Assembly: GCA_965250215.1 (NCBI GenBank)
Contig: CBDFNN010000004.1
Coordinates: forward strand, 4,443,403-4,507,402
Direction of reading: 5' to 3'
Source of the DNA: Rhodothermales bacterium
Lineage (GTDB): Bacteria; Bacteroidota; Rhodothermia; Rhodothermales; DATKEJ01
Length of the DNA stretch: 64,000 bases
Part shown: piece by piece, positions 28,263-38,170 of the stretch
How positions within the stretch are numbered: position 1 is the stretch's first letter
How the letters are laid out: each line of letters begins with the position of its first letter
Notes under the pieces: model-generated
The model's input: only the letters and a program-made list of their open reading frames with translations
What the model was told of the DNA's origin: nothing
Databases searched by the model: none
Made by a program: the position numbers and the translations under genes

Positions 28263-28636
28263 TTTGCCAATTGCCGGTCGGTTTTGGTGTCAGTATTAGC
28301 GCTCACTCCAATACAGTCCTACGAGAACTGTGAAAGCTTATGACGCTTTTTAGTATCGTTCTTAGGCCTCAGCCCAGATTCGGGTATTTCAGTGACCTTC
28401 CTCTTCCGTGAGTTGTCTGATCCAAACTCAGGGAAAATGTACACGGCCTAGTTTAAGCTTATCGGCTCCCCGTAGCCCAGTTGTTTCATCCGCTCCAACT
28501 GTGTCGTGGCATCACCGACCACCAACCAAATCATCCGATCGGGTCGTAAGTACTGACTGGCCAACTGCTTGATTTTCTCCTGACTCATACCCCTCACAAT
28601 GGCTTCGCGATCCTTGACATAGTCGGCCTTCCAGCC

Positions 28637-31264
28637 CTAGTTACTCATGTTTTGTATAAGATTGAGCTTAGCCCTAGCCGTTTCGAAAGCGCGTGCATTG
28701 GATTTAGTCAGAAAGCTGCGAGTGGTTTTCAAATCCTCCGCGGAGAAAGTAGTGGGGTAGGTTTCCAGAATGTCCTTAATGGCTTGGCTTGCCTCCAAAG
28801 TGACATTGCTTCGCACACCGCTACTGATCGTAAACCGACCGTCGTCCTTTGAACCACTGAAACCGGAGCCGATGCCGTAGGTGTAGCCCTTTCCTTCTCG
28901 TAATTCTTGCGTGAGGCGAGATGCAAAACCGCCACCTCCAAGGATGTAGTTCATTACGGTGATTGGATAGTAATCATCCTCTTGCACCGCCAGACTTGGG
29001 TAGCCAATTCTCAGAACGGATTGTTTGGCTCCAGGGACATCGTAGAAGTATACCTGAGCTTTTTCTGGCTCCTTTGCTAAGGGCCATTTTGGCACCTCGA
29101 CAAGCTTGGCCGGCCATTGTTCGGCTAGTTGTTTGAGCGGGGATTGCATTTGCGCCTCATTCAGAGCACCGACTATATGCATCCGACCAATTGAAGGAGA
29201 AATATTGCTGCTGTAGTAAGCCTGCAGATCGGCCATCGTGATAGAAGCTACCGATTTCTCCGAGCCCTGTAAATCGTGGGCCCGAATGTTGTCATTGCCA
29301 TACAGCAGACTATTAAAGACCGATCTGGCGATAGCATTGGGTTCAGCCTTTCTCGCCTCGATACCACTGAGAATTTCTCGACGAATCAATTCCAATTCCT
29401 CGGCATCCCAGCGGGGTTCGAGAAGCATTTCTCGGAGTAGTGCCATCGTGGCGTCGTAGTTTCGAGCGAGAGTGTTTCCAGAGAAGCTTATACTCTCCAC
29501 ATCAGCGCGAATGCTTATGTTGGCACCTAATTTCTGAATCGCGACTTCGAGTTCGGCTGTCGTTTTGTTTGTTGTGCCCTTGGTCAGCAGCTCGGCTAGC
29601 ATATTACTAGTGCCGGTCTGGTCCAAACTCTCCAATAGCTGTCCACCATCAATTATGAGGTTGAAATTGATGAGGGGTACCTCGGTATTCTCGATTCCGT
29701 ATACCTTCAACCCGTTGCCCAGCGTGCTTTGCCAAACAGTTGGCGGAGTAGATTCCAACTCCCCGTGATAATCGGGTTCTTCAGAGCGGTCGAAAGAGGA
29801 TGGCGTTGCCTCGTACTCAGCCGCAAGGGAGGGGTCGAATGATTCCTCGGCGCCAAGTTCAATTGATTCTTCCTCCACTTCTGCCTTAGTCGATCCATTC
29901 AGGGCAAGTACGCTTGCTCCCTTAGGTACAAAGCTGGTCGCAACATAGGGTCGATCCTTCAAATAGGTTTCGTAGACCCGCTTCACATCAGCGGTGGTTA
30001 CGCCAATAATGTTCTCGATGTCCTTCTCGACAAAACCAGGATCTCCAGCGAAAACGTTGTATTGGGCCAGATTGAAACCCTTACCCAAAACGCTAGAAAG
30101 GCGGTTATAAAAACTAGTCTCCTGTCCGGCACTGATTCGCTGGAGGTCGGCCTCAGAAATACCTTCCGTCTCAAATCGGGAAAAAGCTGTCTCTATTCCA
30201 GCTAACACAGAATCCAGTGAAGTGTCCTGGAATGCGCGCACGCTGAGTTGAGCCTCGCCCGAAAGCTCGGAATTGCGAGAGAAAAAATTGACTCGAGGAG
30301 CAAGTTTTCTGTCGTCGACCAAGATTTCATTGAGGCTCGCCTCTTTCCCATCGCTGAGGTATTCAGTTAGGACGTCGAGAGCATAAGCATCTTCATGGTA
30401 AAGCTCCACTGTTGGCCACACCATGGTGAGTTGGGGAAGGCGAGCAAAATTGTCCTCATGATAGAGTTTCTGGATTCCGTCTAGCTTCCCTCTTCGTTTG
30501 GTCATCTTCGTCACTTCCTGTCCTTTTGGGATTTCGTCGAAGTACTTCTTCACCCACATCTTGGCCTGCGCAGGATCGAAGTCACCAGAAATGACCAGGG
30601 TAACATTGTTCGGCACATACCACTGGCGAAAGAACTCCTTCACATCATCTAGGGTCGCGTTGTCAAGGTCCTCCAAAGAGCCGATGACCTGCCAGTTGTA
30701 GGGATGATCGGCCGGGTACAAGTTCTTGCCTATCACATAGCCATTGTGGCCATAGGGACGATTATCGACTCCCTGCCGCTTTTCGTTTTTTACGACCTGC
30801 TTTTCTTTAGCCAAAACGGGCTCCGTCACCGTATTGATGAACCAACCAAGTTTATCCGCTTCCGCCCAAATCATTTTTTCTAGTGCGTCTTTTGGTACGG
30901 TTTGAAAGTAGTTCGTGCGGTCCCGACTCGTAGATCCGTTGGCCCCCGAACCCCCGATGCGAGCACTCATAGCATCAAGGCCACCCTTACCCAAGTTTTC
31001 CGATTCGAGAAAAAGAAGATGCTCAAAAAGGTGAGCAAAACCGGTACGGCCTTCCTTTTCCCTGGCTGAGCCGACATGTGCCGTCATCGCCACGGCAACC
31101 ACCGGGTCGGATCTGTCAACATGAAGTACAACCTCAAGTCCGTTATCTAATTCAAACTTCTCGAAGGGGATGGAGAATTTACCACTGGTTTCCGTGGTAC
31201 TGCGGTCGGAATTGCAAGCGACGAGACTTAGCAGCGCGAGGAAGCAGATTGATCTTTTGAACAT
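28637..31264 (-). CDS. M16 family zinc metallopeptidase (tandem insulinase-like units), lipoprotein
   Basis: Inverted zincin motif HLFEHLLF. Lipoprotein signal MFKRSICFLALLSLVACNS. The ORF ends at a TAG at 28637..28639. The conserved M16 C-terminus continues in frame for 62 more codons, to a TAG at 28448..28450. Confidence 0.8.
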   Translation of the reverse strand: MFKRSICFLALLSLVACNSDRSTTETSGKFSIPFEKFELDNGLEVVLHVDRSDPVVAVAMTAHVGSAREKEGRTGFAHLFEHLLFLESENLGKGGLDAMSARIGGSGANGSTSRDRTNYFQTVPKDALEKMIWAEADKLGWFINTVTEPVLAKEKQVVKNEKRQGVDNRPYGHNGYVIGKNLYPADHPYNWQVIGSLEDLDNATLDDVKEFFRQWYVPNNVTLVISGDFDPAQAKMWVKKYFDEIPKGQEVTKMTKRRGKLDGIQKLYHEDNFARLPQLTMVWPTVELYHEDAYALDVLTEYLSDGKEASLNEILVDDRKLAPRVNFFSRNSELSGEAQLSVRAFQDTSLDSVLAGIETAFSRFETEGISEADLQRISAGQETSFYNRLSSVLGKGFNLAQYNVFAGDPGFVEKDIENIIGVTTADVKRVYETYLKDRPYVATSFVPKGASVLALNGSTKAEVEEESIELGAEESFDPSLAAEYEATPSSFDRSEEPDYHGELESTPPTVWQSTLGNGLKVYGIENTEVPLINFNLIIDGGQLLESLDQTGTSNMLAELLTKGTTNKTTAELEVAIQKLGANISIRADVESISFSGNTLARNYDATMALLREMLLEPRWDAEELELIRREILSGIEARKAEPNAIARSVFNSLLYGNDNIRAHDLQGSEKSVASITMADLQAYYSSNISPSIGRMHIVGALNEAQMQSPLKQLAEQWPAKLVEVPKWPLAKEPEKAQVYFYDVPGAKQSVLRIGYPSLAVQEDDYYPITVMNYILGGGGFASRLTQELREGKGYTYGIGSGFSGSKDDGRFTISSGVRSNVTLEASQAIKDILETYPTTFSAEDLKTTRSFLTKSNARAFETARAKLNLIQNMSN

Positions 31265-31381
31265 GATTGTAGCTTGGGCTGGAAGGTGACACAAAGACAG
31301 AAGTGTTGAATTTGCTTATGCTATTATATTAGCACTTACACGGAAAAGTACCGAGCAAGTTTGCAAATGCATCATTGACTT

Positions 31382-32620
31382 CTATGAATCGTCACTCTTC
31401 TTTTCTGAAGCACTGCTTAACATCCCAGCGACGTCTATACCAGTCGAAGCCTTCAAACTCTCCAGCAGAGCCGGAGTCGATCCAGCGATCTGACTGAAGA
31501 CGGCTGGTACTCCGCCGCCGCTTGAACCAGGGCTGTCCACGACCGTGATCTTGTCGATCTTGAGATCCCTGACGGTGCTCACAACCTGCTCGATAATCTC
31601 GGGTAGCATCTGGATGAGGAAGAGTCTCTCTGCATCAGAACCGGCCGCCTTCCACAACTCCAACTTCTTGTTTAAAACCGCTACTTCGGCATCTCCATCT
31701 TCTGTGATCTTAGCTGCATTACCCTTGGCTAATTCCTCCGCCGCCTTTCGCTGGGCCTCGGCTAAAACGATAACCTCGCTTCGCTGGCGTTTTTCGGCGA
31801 GCATTATTTCCTCTTCAGCCAATTCCTGTTCTGCCTTCGCCTGTGCAAGCAATGCGGCAACTCCGACTTTCGCCTCCTCTGCCTCCGCCAAGGCAGCTAG
31901 CCTAGCTCGCTCCATACGAACCTCGTTCTCGGCTCGGATGACATTTTTGTCGGCCTTTGCTTGAGCCAATTTGGCATTCTCCGTGTTCTCGGCTTCTACA
32001 ATTTCTGCTCGAGCCACGATCTGTGCGGTCTGTTGCCTACCGATGGCATCGAGATAGCCTCTGTCGTCTTCGACATTCTGAATCTTCAAAGTATCGAGTT
32101 GAATACCTAGTGCAGTCATATCAATGTCTGCTTCTTCGATCAAGCTCTTCGCAAATTTTAGTCGGTCTTCATTCACTTCCTCCGGTGTAAGGAGAGAGAC
32201 AACTCCTCTAAGGTTTCCCTCCAAGGTCTCCTTCGCGATCTGAGCGACATCCTCCCTCGACTTTCCAAGCAATCGCTCTAGGGCATTGTTCAGCGCAATT
32301 CCCGAGCCCGCAATCTTTACGTTAGCGACCCCTTTCACATTCAAAGGAATTCCTCCCTTTGAGTAGGCGTTCTGAACAATGAGATCCAAGGGGATCGATG
32401 TCAATTCTATGCGATCAACTTTCTCAAGAATCGGAATCTTAAAACCCCTTCCACCTTTGATGACCCGGTATCCAACTTTCGATCCGTCTCCAAGCGTCCG
32501 TTGCTTTCCGCTGAAAACCAAAACCTCGTTCGGTTGACATATTTTAAGATTGGCGCTGATAATCCCGATGACGACGAGAATTCCGACGATGATTATTCCG
32601 GCAATAATGAAGGGCTCCAT
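31382..32620 (-). CDS. flotillin-like SPFH/band-7 protein (YqiK-like)
   Basis: 412 aa with an N-terminal TM helix, an SPFH domain, and a long Ala/Glu-rich coiled coil. Confidence 0.85.
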   Translation of the reverse strand: MEPFIIAGIIIVGILVVIGIISANLKICQPNEVLVFSGKQRTLGDGSKVGYRVIKGGRGFKIPILEKVDRIELTSIPLDLIVQNAYSKGGIPLNVKGVANVKIAGSGIALNNALERLLGKSREDVAQIAKETLEGNLRGVVSLLTPEEVNEDRLKFAKSLIEEADIDMTALGIQLDTLKIQNVEDDRGYLDAIGRQQTAQIVARAEIVEAENTENAKLAQAKADKNVIRAENEVRMERARLAALAEAEEAKVGVAALLAQAKAEQELAEEEIMLAEKRQRSEVIVLAEAQRKAAEELAKGNAAKITEDGDAEVAVLNKKLELWKAAGSDAERLFLIQMLPEIIEQVVSTVRDLKIDKITVVDSPGSSGGGVPAVFSQIAGSTPALLESLKASTGIDVAGMLSSASEKKSDDS

Positions 32621-32635
32621 AATGGTTTGTAGTTA

Positions 32636-32735
32636 GTGGTCTTGGTAGTTGGTAGTTCTTGGTCTTTAGTCCTTGGTTCTAAAATCACGACGTATATATT
32701 TCGGACAATCGGACATTCGGACATTCGGAGAATCG
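32636..32735 (+). repeat. two adjacent tandem mini-repeat arrays, (TGGTAGT)-like and (CGGACATT)n
   Basis: The first array is ttggtagttggtagttcttggtctttagtccttggttc, and the second is cggacaatcggacattcggacattcggag. Both lie in the intergenic gap between the flotillin and NfeD genes. Confidence 0.75.
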
Positions 32736-32739
32736 ATTC

Positions 32740-33294
32740 TCATGTCGGCTTGATTACATGGGCGGTTGCCCCGTCTATGGTGACAACAACAACTTCGTCT
32801 CCGACTTCAAATGAAGTACTAACTTCATCGGCTGAACTGGCGATCAACAGGGCTTCTTGACCCTTGGCCTCCAGTTTTATTTTTCCTCTCTCTTCACCTG
32901 AAAAGGGTACGATGACCTTTGCTGTCTTCCCCACGAAATCTTGATCTGTCAGATTGCTGCTCACAGATTTGTATGCAAATTTCTTGATAGTCCAGTTTCC
33001 GACAAATCCGATGAGAAATCCCAAGGCCAGAGAAATTAAAAATCGTCTAGGCTCCTCTGTTCCGTTTAGGCCCAAGAGGTATCCCGTGAGACCAAAAAAT
33101 GCGGCGAAGAGGAAGGCGAAGCGAAGACTGAGAAAATCAGCGATCGAGGCAATAGCCCCTCCACCATCTATATCGAGGTCCACATCCATGTCGCCATCAA
33201 ATTCGACTTCAACATCTGTACCCAATCCTCCTAATAGAGAAAGAAGTACAAAAAAACCGCCTACAGCTAGGCAGATGAGATATATCGTTCCCAT
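32740..33294 (-). CDS. NfeD-like membrane protein (YqiJ-like partner of the SPFH protein)
   Basis: Membrane N-terminus and a C-terminal OB-fold-like beta domain. It sits in the conserved position upstream of the flotillin gene. Confidence 0.7.
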   Translation of the reverse strand: MGTIYLICLAVGGFFVLLSLLGGLGTDVEVEFDGDMDVDLDIDGGGAIASIADFLSLRFAFLFAAFFGLTGYLLGLNGTEEPRRFLISLALGFLIGFVGNWTIKKFAYKSVSSNLTDQDFVGKTAKVIVPFSGEERGKIKLEAKGQEALLIASSADEVSTSFEVGDEVVVVTIDGATAHVIKPT

Positions 33295-33705
33295 TTTAGT
33301 GTCCTTTTACTAATGTTCTTATTTATTAAGGTATTTTACGGAAGCGCTTCCAAATAGTTACGCCTATTAACAATTATGACTTAACTAATCTCACTCAGCA
33401 TTTGTCAATATCGATCCTCTAGGCTGTCTACACATTAAGGAAGTCCGTGCTTTATTGAGAAATATATAGCATGAATCGCGCCTTAACTCTCTTCGCGATT
33501 CTAAGACTTCAGCAAGATAGTGCTCAGTTCGAGTAGGGAGCGTGGAAGTCAAGTCAGGCATAGCTTATAAACAGGCAATCCTAGATGTTTGGTGTTCTGG
33601 GATGGTAATCTATTTTACAAGCACCATGTAATCCAGAGACAATGTCGCAATTGATCTATTTCGACATATATTGTCGCTTAGTGTATTAGGCCTCTCACCT
33701 CACCT

Positions 33706-34761
33706 ATGGCAAAATCACGACATACTGAGCGGATCATTCCCTTTCGTTCGAAGGATGGATTTCAGTGCAATCTAGTTCATGTAACTCGAACTCAGCCTCC
33801 GACAAAATCGCCGATTTTATTGGTGCATGGAGCTGGAGTGCGCTCTCGAATATTTCAGGCTCCCGTCAGAGAAACGATTGTTGATGCACTCCTAGAAGAT
33901 GGATATGACGTCTGGATGGAGAATTGGAGAGCCAGCTTGGACCTTGAACCAAATCTCTGGAACCTGGATCGAGCGGCAATCAATGATCACCCTGCTGCTG
34001 TCGCAAAAGTGCTTGAAGAAACAGGAGCTGAAACGATCAAAGCTCTCATTCACTGTCAGGGCTCGACTAGTTTCGCAATGTCGGCCGTTGCTGGACTCGT
34101 TCCTCAAGTGGATACCATTCTGAGTAATGCCGTGTCCCTTCACCCAGTTGTCCCAAAACTCTCCGGATTCAAATTAAAATATGTTTCTCCTCTGGTTGCG
34201 CTGACAAGTAGGTATCTGAATCCACAGTGGGGTGAACATGCACCGGGAATTATGCCAAAACTTATCAATGCAGTAGTTGAGGCCACACACCACGAATGCG
34301 ACAACGGTGTCTGTAAACATGTCAGCTTTGCCTATGGGAGTGGCTTTCCGGCTCTATGGAGCCATGAGAATCTGAACGATGAAACCCACGAGTGGCTGAA
34401 AAAGGAATTCGCTTGGGTCCCCTTCAAATTCTATAAACAGATCACGAAATCTGTACGCAAGGGCCATCTGGTTTCCATGCGAGACTCAAGAGGAACACTC
34501 CCTCTCTCTTTCATCAAGGAGAAACCAAAGACCGACGCCCGCTGGATATTTTTCGCTGGCGAAAACAACAAATGTTTCCTTCCGGAGAGTCAAACAAGGA
34601 CCTTCGATTTCATGAATCATCATGATCCTGGCAGACACTCTCTCCAACTGCTTCCCGGATATGGACATCTCGATGTGTTCATGGGAAAGGATGCAGGAAA
34701 AGATGTATTCCCCATAATGATCGAAGAGCTGAATCGAACAGCTCTACCCAATTCTGCTTAA
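33706..34761 (+). CDS. alpha/beta-fold hydrolase
   Basis: 351 aa. The oxyanion region LLVHGAGV and the core pattern match an esterase/lipase-like fold. Confidence 0.5.
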   Translation: MAKSRHTERIIPFRSKDGFQCNLVHVTRTQPPTKSPILLVHGAGVRSRIFQAPVRETIVDALLEDGYDVWMENWRASLDLEPNLWNLDRAAINDHPAAVAKVLEETGAETIKALIHCQGSTSFAMSAVAGLVPQVDTILSNAVSLHPVVPKLSGFKLKYVSPLVALTSRYLNPQWGEHAPGIMPKLINAVVEATHHECDNGVCKHVSFAYGSGFPALWSHENLNDETHEWLKKEFAWVPFKFYKQITKSVRKGHLVSMRDSRGTLPLSFIKEKPKTDARWIFFAGENNKCFLPESQTRTFDFMNHHDPGRHSLQLLPGYGHLDVFMGKDAGKDVFPIMIEELNRTALPNSA

Positions 34762-34786
34762 TAAATCACTGACAACGAGCAATAAC

Positions 34787-35659
34787 ATGGCCATTCCAGA
34801 TCGAGTACACAGACAGAAAGGACGACACGCTAGAGTAGACGGAATCCCCTTTCATCTGCCGGTGAATTCCAGTGTTTCTCCAGTCCTGATGGCCGGATTC
34901 AAAATCAATGCAGAGAAAGCCGCAGAGCTTCTGCCGGGAAATGAATTGCATCCCGTTAGGATCTCGAAAAACAAGGCGCTCTTGATTGTTACCGTCATCG
35001 ATTATCGGGAGACAGACATTGGAAAATACATCGAGTATAGTATCGGAATAGGATGCACACACGGACGAAAAAAGGCGGCACCTCTACTGCCCGGATTGTT
35101 CATGGGCACCTATCAAACGGGGCAATACGTCTTCGATCTTCCGGTTAGTTCTGAGATCTCTACAAAAGGAGGTAAAGGAATTTGGGGCATGCCCAAGCAT
35201 CAGGCAAACCTCGATTTCATTATCACCGACGACACGGTGAGTAGTCAATACGACAAAGATGGGAAGCTAGCCATGCGTATCGACATCGAGAGAAATAAAG
35301 GAGGAATTGGACTCCCGATTAGGGACATGGGCCTGATCAACTATTGCTCCTTCCGTGGTATGCTTATGAAATCCTATATTTATTTCAGCGGCAAAGGGAA
35401 GTTTGCTATAGGAAAAAAAGCGAAAGCCACCTTGACGCTCGGAGATCATCCTAATGTGCAGCCATTAAAGAATTTAGAGATTGATCCAGATCCAATGTTT
35501 ACCGCCTTTTTGCCAGACACCCACGGTGTACTTGATGACTACTTCGAATGCTGGTTCATGACACATGAAAAGCAAAGCGATCATGTACCTGAGGGACTTG
35601 AATCTGTCGCCACCCTCGGTTTGAGTGAAGACTGGCTTGAGCCACCAAATAGAGGATAA
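34787..35659 (+). CDS. acetoacetate decarboxylase (ADC)-like family protein
   Basis: 290 aa. The VTVIDYRETDIGKYIEYSIGIG segment resembles the ADC-family core. Weak assignment. Confidence 0.4.
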   Translation: MAIPDRVHRQKGRHARVDGIPFHLPVNSSVSPVLMAGFKINAEKAAELLPGNELHPVRISKNKALLIVTVIDYRETDIGKYIEYSIGIGCTHGRKKAAPLLPGLFMGTYQTGQYVFDLPVSSEISTKGGKGIWGMPKHQANLDFIITDDTVSSQYDKDGKLAMRIDIERNKGGIGLPIRDMGLINYCSFRGMLMKSYIYFSGKGKFAIGKKAKATLTLGDHPNVQPLKNLEIDPDPMFTAFLPDTHGVLDDYFECWFMTHEKQSDHVPEGLESVATLGLSEDWLEPPNRG

Positions 35660-35763
35660 AAGCCCAACTCATAGAAACCTCTTCCCAAACTGGTGAGATA
35701 CTATAAGCAATCCTGCAAACTGAAACTCGAAACGCGGAACTCGTAACCTTAACTAATATCGCA

Positions 35764-36261
35764 ATGACAAAAGGAGTCTTACTGGCTATCAGCAACGCCT
35801 ATTACCTACTGGGAACCACAATCTACGTCGGTGTAATGTGGTCACTAAAATTCTTCTGGTACCCAAGCTGGAGCACTCTCACACTAGAGAATGTCCACGA
35901 CCAGTTCATACTACCGACAACTGCTGCGACAAAATTCTTTATAATAGTAGTGCCACTCATGATGCTAGCAGGTCTTGTTCTAATCTGGCACGAACGTAAA
36001 ACCAAATTCATTTGGCTGGCCATCCTAGCCTTCCTCGGCATCATCGCCTCAACTATCATTGGCTGGTTTCTCATCATTCCTGTCAATAATGCCATCGGCG
36101 CTGGCTTGGCAGATTCTGTCGTGCTGCAAGAACATTTGCAACGATGGATGGACCTCAATACCTGGCGCTGGATAACGATCACGTTAATGTGGGTCGCATT
36201 GGTGCTATACTTTTTCCTCAAAGGAGGACTCATTCGAAAGTGGAATGGTGAGGAGGTCTAG
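35764..36261 (+). CDS. DUF1772-like (anthrone-oxygenase-like) 4-TM membrane protein
   Basis: 165 aa with four TM helices and size consistent with DUF1772. Weak assignment. Confidence 0.4.
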   Translation: MTKGVLLAISNAYYLLGTTIYVGVMWSLKFFWYPSWSTLTLENVHDQFILPTTAATKFFIIVVPLMMLAGLVLIWHERKTKFIWLAILAFLGIIASTIIGWFLIIPVNNAIGAGLADSVVLQEHLQRWMDLNTWRWITITLMWVALVLYFFLKGGLIRKWNGEEV

Positions 36262-36263
36262 TC

Positions 36264-36671
36264 ATGGAAAAATTAGTTTATAGGCTTATTACCCTCATCG
36301 CCATTGCGACTGCTTTGAGCGGATTAGCTCAGATGCTGATGCCAAAATATGTTCTGTTCTTTTTGGATGGCGATACGGGGTCGGCAAACGCACACTCCTT
36401 TGCGATCATTGGGATGTTCATGCTGCTATTTGGATCGGCATTGACCCACGCGCTAATCAGTTCGGTACATCATCCTGTTGTTGTGCTTTGGGCAGGTTTA
36501 CAAAAGTTGGGAGCCTTCGTCGCCGTTGCACTTGCCGTACAAAATGGTTTGTTTTCTAATCTCGCTCTGGGTGTCGCCATTTTTGACCTCGTATCTGGCA
36601 TCCTCATTCTTTGGTATTGGTCGAAAATCAGAAAACAAACGGGAGAAAAGCGCACACTTCAGCTCATATGA
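36264..36671 (+). CDS. hypothetical 4-TM membrane protein
   Basis: 135 aa hydrophobic protein. Its stop overlaps the patatin start (ATGA). Confidence 0.45.
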   Translation: MEKLVYRLITLIAIATALSGLAQMLMPKYVLFFLDGDTGSANAHSFAIIGMFMLLFGSALTHALISSVHHPVVVLWAGLQKLGAFVAVALAVQNGLFSNLALGVAIFDLVSGILILWYWSKIRKQTGEKRTLQLI

Positions 36672-38170
36672 AACGCTCTTTGATATTAGCAGGCGGCGGC
36701 ATGCGAGTAGCCTATCAGGCTGGTGCCATCAAAGCCCTCCTTGATAGCGGTCTTACGTTTCATCATATCGATGGTACATCTGGAGGCATCATGAATGCAG
36801 CGATGATGCTTTCGGGTCTAAATCCGGACGAAATGTGTCGCAGATGGAGAACACTGAAGGTCAAGGATTTTGTATCGCTTCTTCCCATACATGAGTATAT
36901 CAAAGGCCCGGCAGCTCGGGCCATGGGAGATGCAGATGGGGTTATTGAAAAAGTCTTTCCTCATTTGGGAATCGACTGTGAGGCGATCCGTGCGCAAAAT
37001 GCCGTTCGCGGCACCTTCAATGTTTGCAACTATGACGACAAAACTGTTGAAGCCATTCCCCATGGCGAAATAGCAACGGAACTGTTGGTAGCCGGTATGT
37101 CGCTTCCGATTTTCATGCCCATGGTCCAGCATAATGGAAGGCAATACATCGATGCTGTTTGGATAAAGGACGCCAATCTAATGGAGGCCGTCAGACGGGG
37201 ATCTGAAGAAATATGGCTAGTGTGGATAATCGGAAATACCAGTTCGTACCAAGACGGTTGGTTTGATCAGTACGTCCACATGATTGAAATGAGTGCCAAC
37301 GGAGCACTCAATTCAGAACTGCAACAGATAGCGGAACTGAACGAGCGAATCTCTCGGGGAGACTCGCCTTATGGACAGACTTCTGCCATAAAGCTGCATA
37401 TAGTAAAACCGCATTACGCATTGCCTCTCGACCCAGATTATTTTTTTGGGAAAATCAATGCCGACCAGCTGGTCTCGATGGGTCATCTCGACGCCTCTCG
37501 GTATCTCAACTCTAAAACGTCAAATGGAGTGGCACTCAATAAAAACAGCATCAAGATGAACAGTGAAACGAAACCTGGAATGCGCTTTCGCGAGATGATG
37601 AAAGGTCCATTTGAAATGGGTCAAAACGATCCAAATTCAACATCCACTGATGCTCCGATATTGGAATTGCACGCCTCTATTCAAATCGACGACATGGATA
37701 GTTTTGTGACAGATCGGGCTCATTCCGGAGGCCTTGTTGGAAGGATTGAGTATCCGCCTCTTGGCGAGAATTTGCTTTCCTCGTCGGGCATTTTCAACCT
37801 CTTTTCTCCTAGCGATTCTCCAGACACTAAACTTATGATCTACGAGATGGGTTTTCAGGCCTCGGGTCAGGAATACTATTTTGCTGGCAAGAAATTAGTT
37901 CACGACGATCCCGGCTTCGATCTCTGGTCAGACACGACTACTCTATTTGCGAGAATACACAAGGGAAGCGATAGTTCTGGTGAAGTTATTGCCGCCGGTA
38001 CAATCAAAATATCGATCTCCCAGCTAATCAAAATGGTTTCGAGCATGACTGCAACTAATCCAGACGGTGTCATGGACAAACTAGCCGTCAAGGCCAAATT
38101 TGGAAAGCTGTTCTTGGGTGAGCTTTGGACACAGTATATAAGTCACTCATACGACGAGGAAGATGGGTAA
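36668..38170 (+). CDS. patatin-like phospholipase with C-terminal extension domain
   Basis: GGGMRVAYQAG oxyanion/Gly-rich motif, GTSGG (GxSxG nucleophile) and a DA(V/I) region. The likely start is MKRSLIL. Confidence 0.8.
   Translation: MKRSLILAGGGMRVAYQAGAIKALLDSGLTFHHIDGTSGGIMNAAMMLSGLNPDEMCRRWRTLKVKDFVSLLPIHEYIKGPAARAMGDADGVIEKVFPHLGIDCEAIRAQNAVRGTFNVCNYDDKTVEAIPHGEIATELLVAGMSLPIFMPMVQHNGRQYIDAVWIKDANLMEAVRRGSEEIWLVWIIGNTSSYQDGWFDQYVHMIEMSANGALNSELQQIAELNERISRGDSPYGQTSAIKLHIVKPHYALPLDPDYFFGKINADQLVSMGHLDASRYLNSKTSNGVALNKNSIKMNSETKPGMRFREMMKGPFEMGQNDPNSTSTDAPILELHASIQIDDMDSFVTDRAHSGGLVGRIEYPPLGENLLSSSGIFNLFSPSDSPDTKLMIYEMGFQASGQEYYFAGKKLVHDDPGFDLWSDTTTLFARIHKGSDSSGEVIAAGTIKISISQLIKMVSSMTATNPDGVMDKLAVKAKFGKLFLGELWTQYISHSYDEEDG

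Noticed and set aside
32636-32735. Short tandem arrays considered as CRISPR
   Set aside because: Units are 7-8 bp with no unique spacers of 25-40 bp and no cas genes, so this is not CRISPR architecture.
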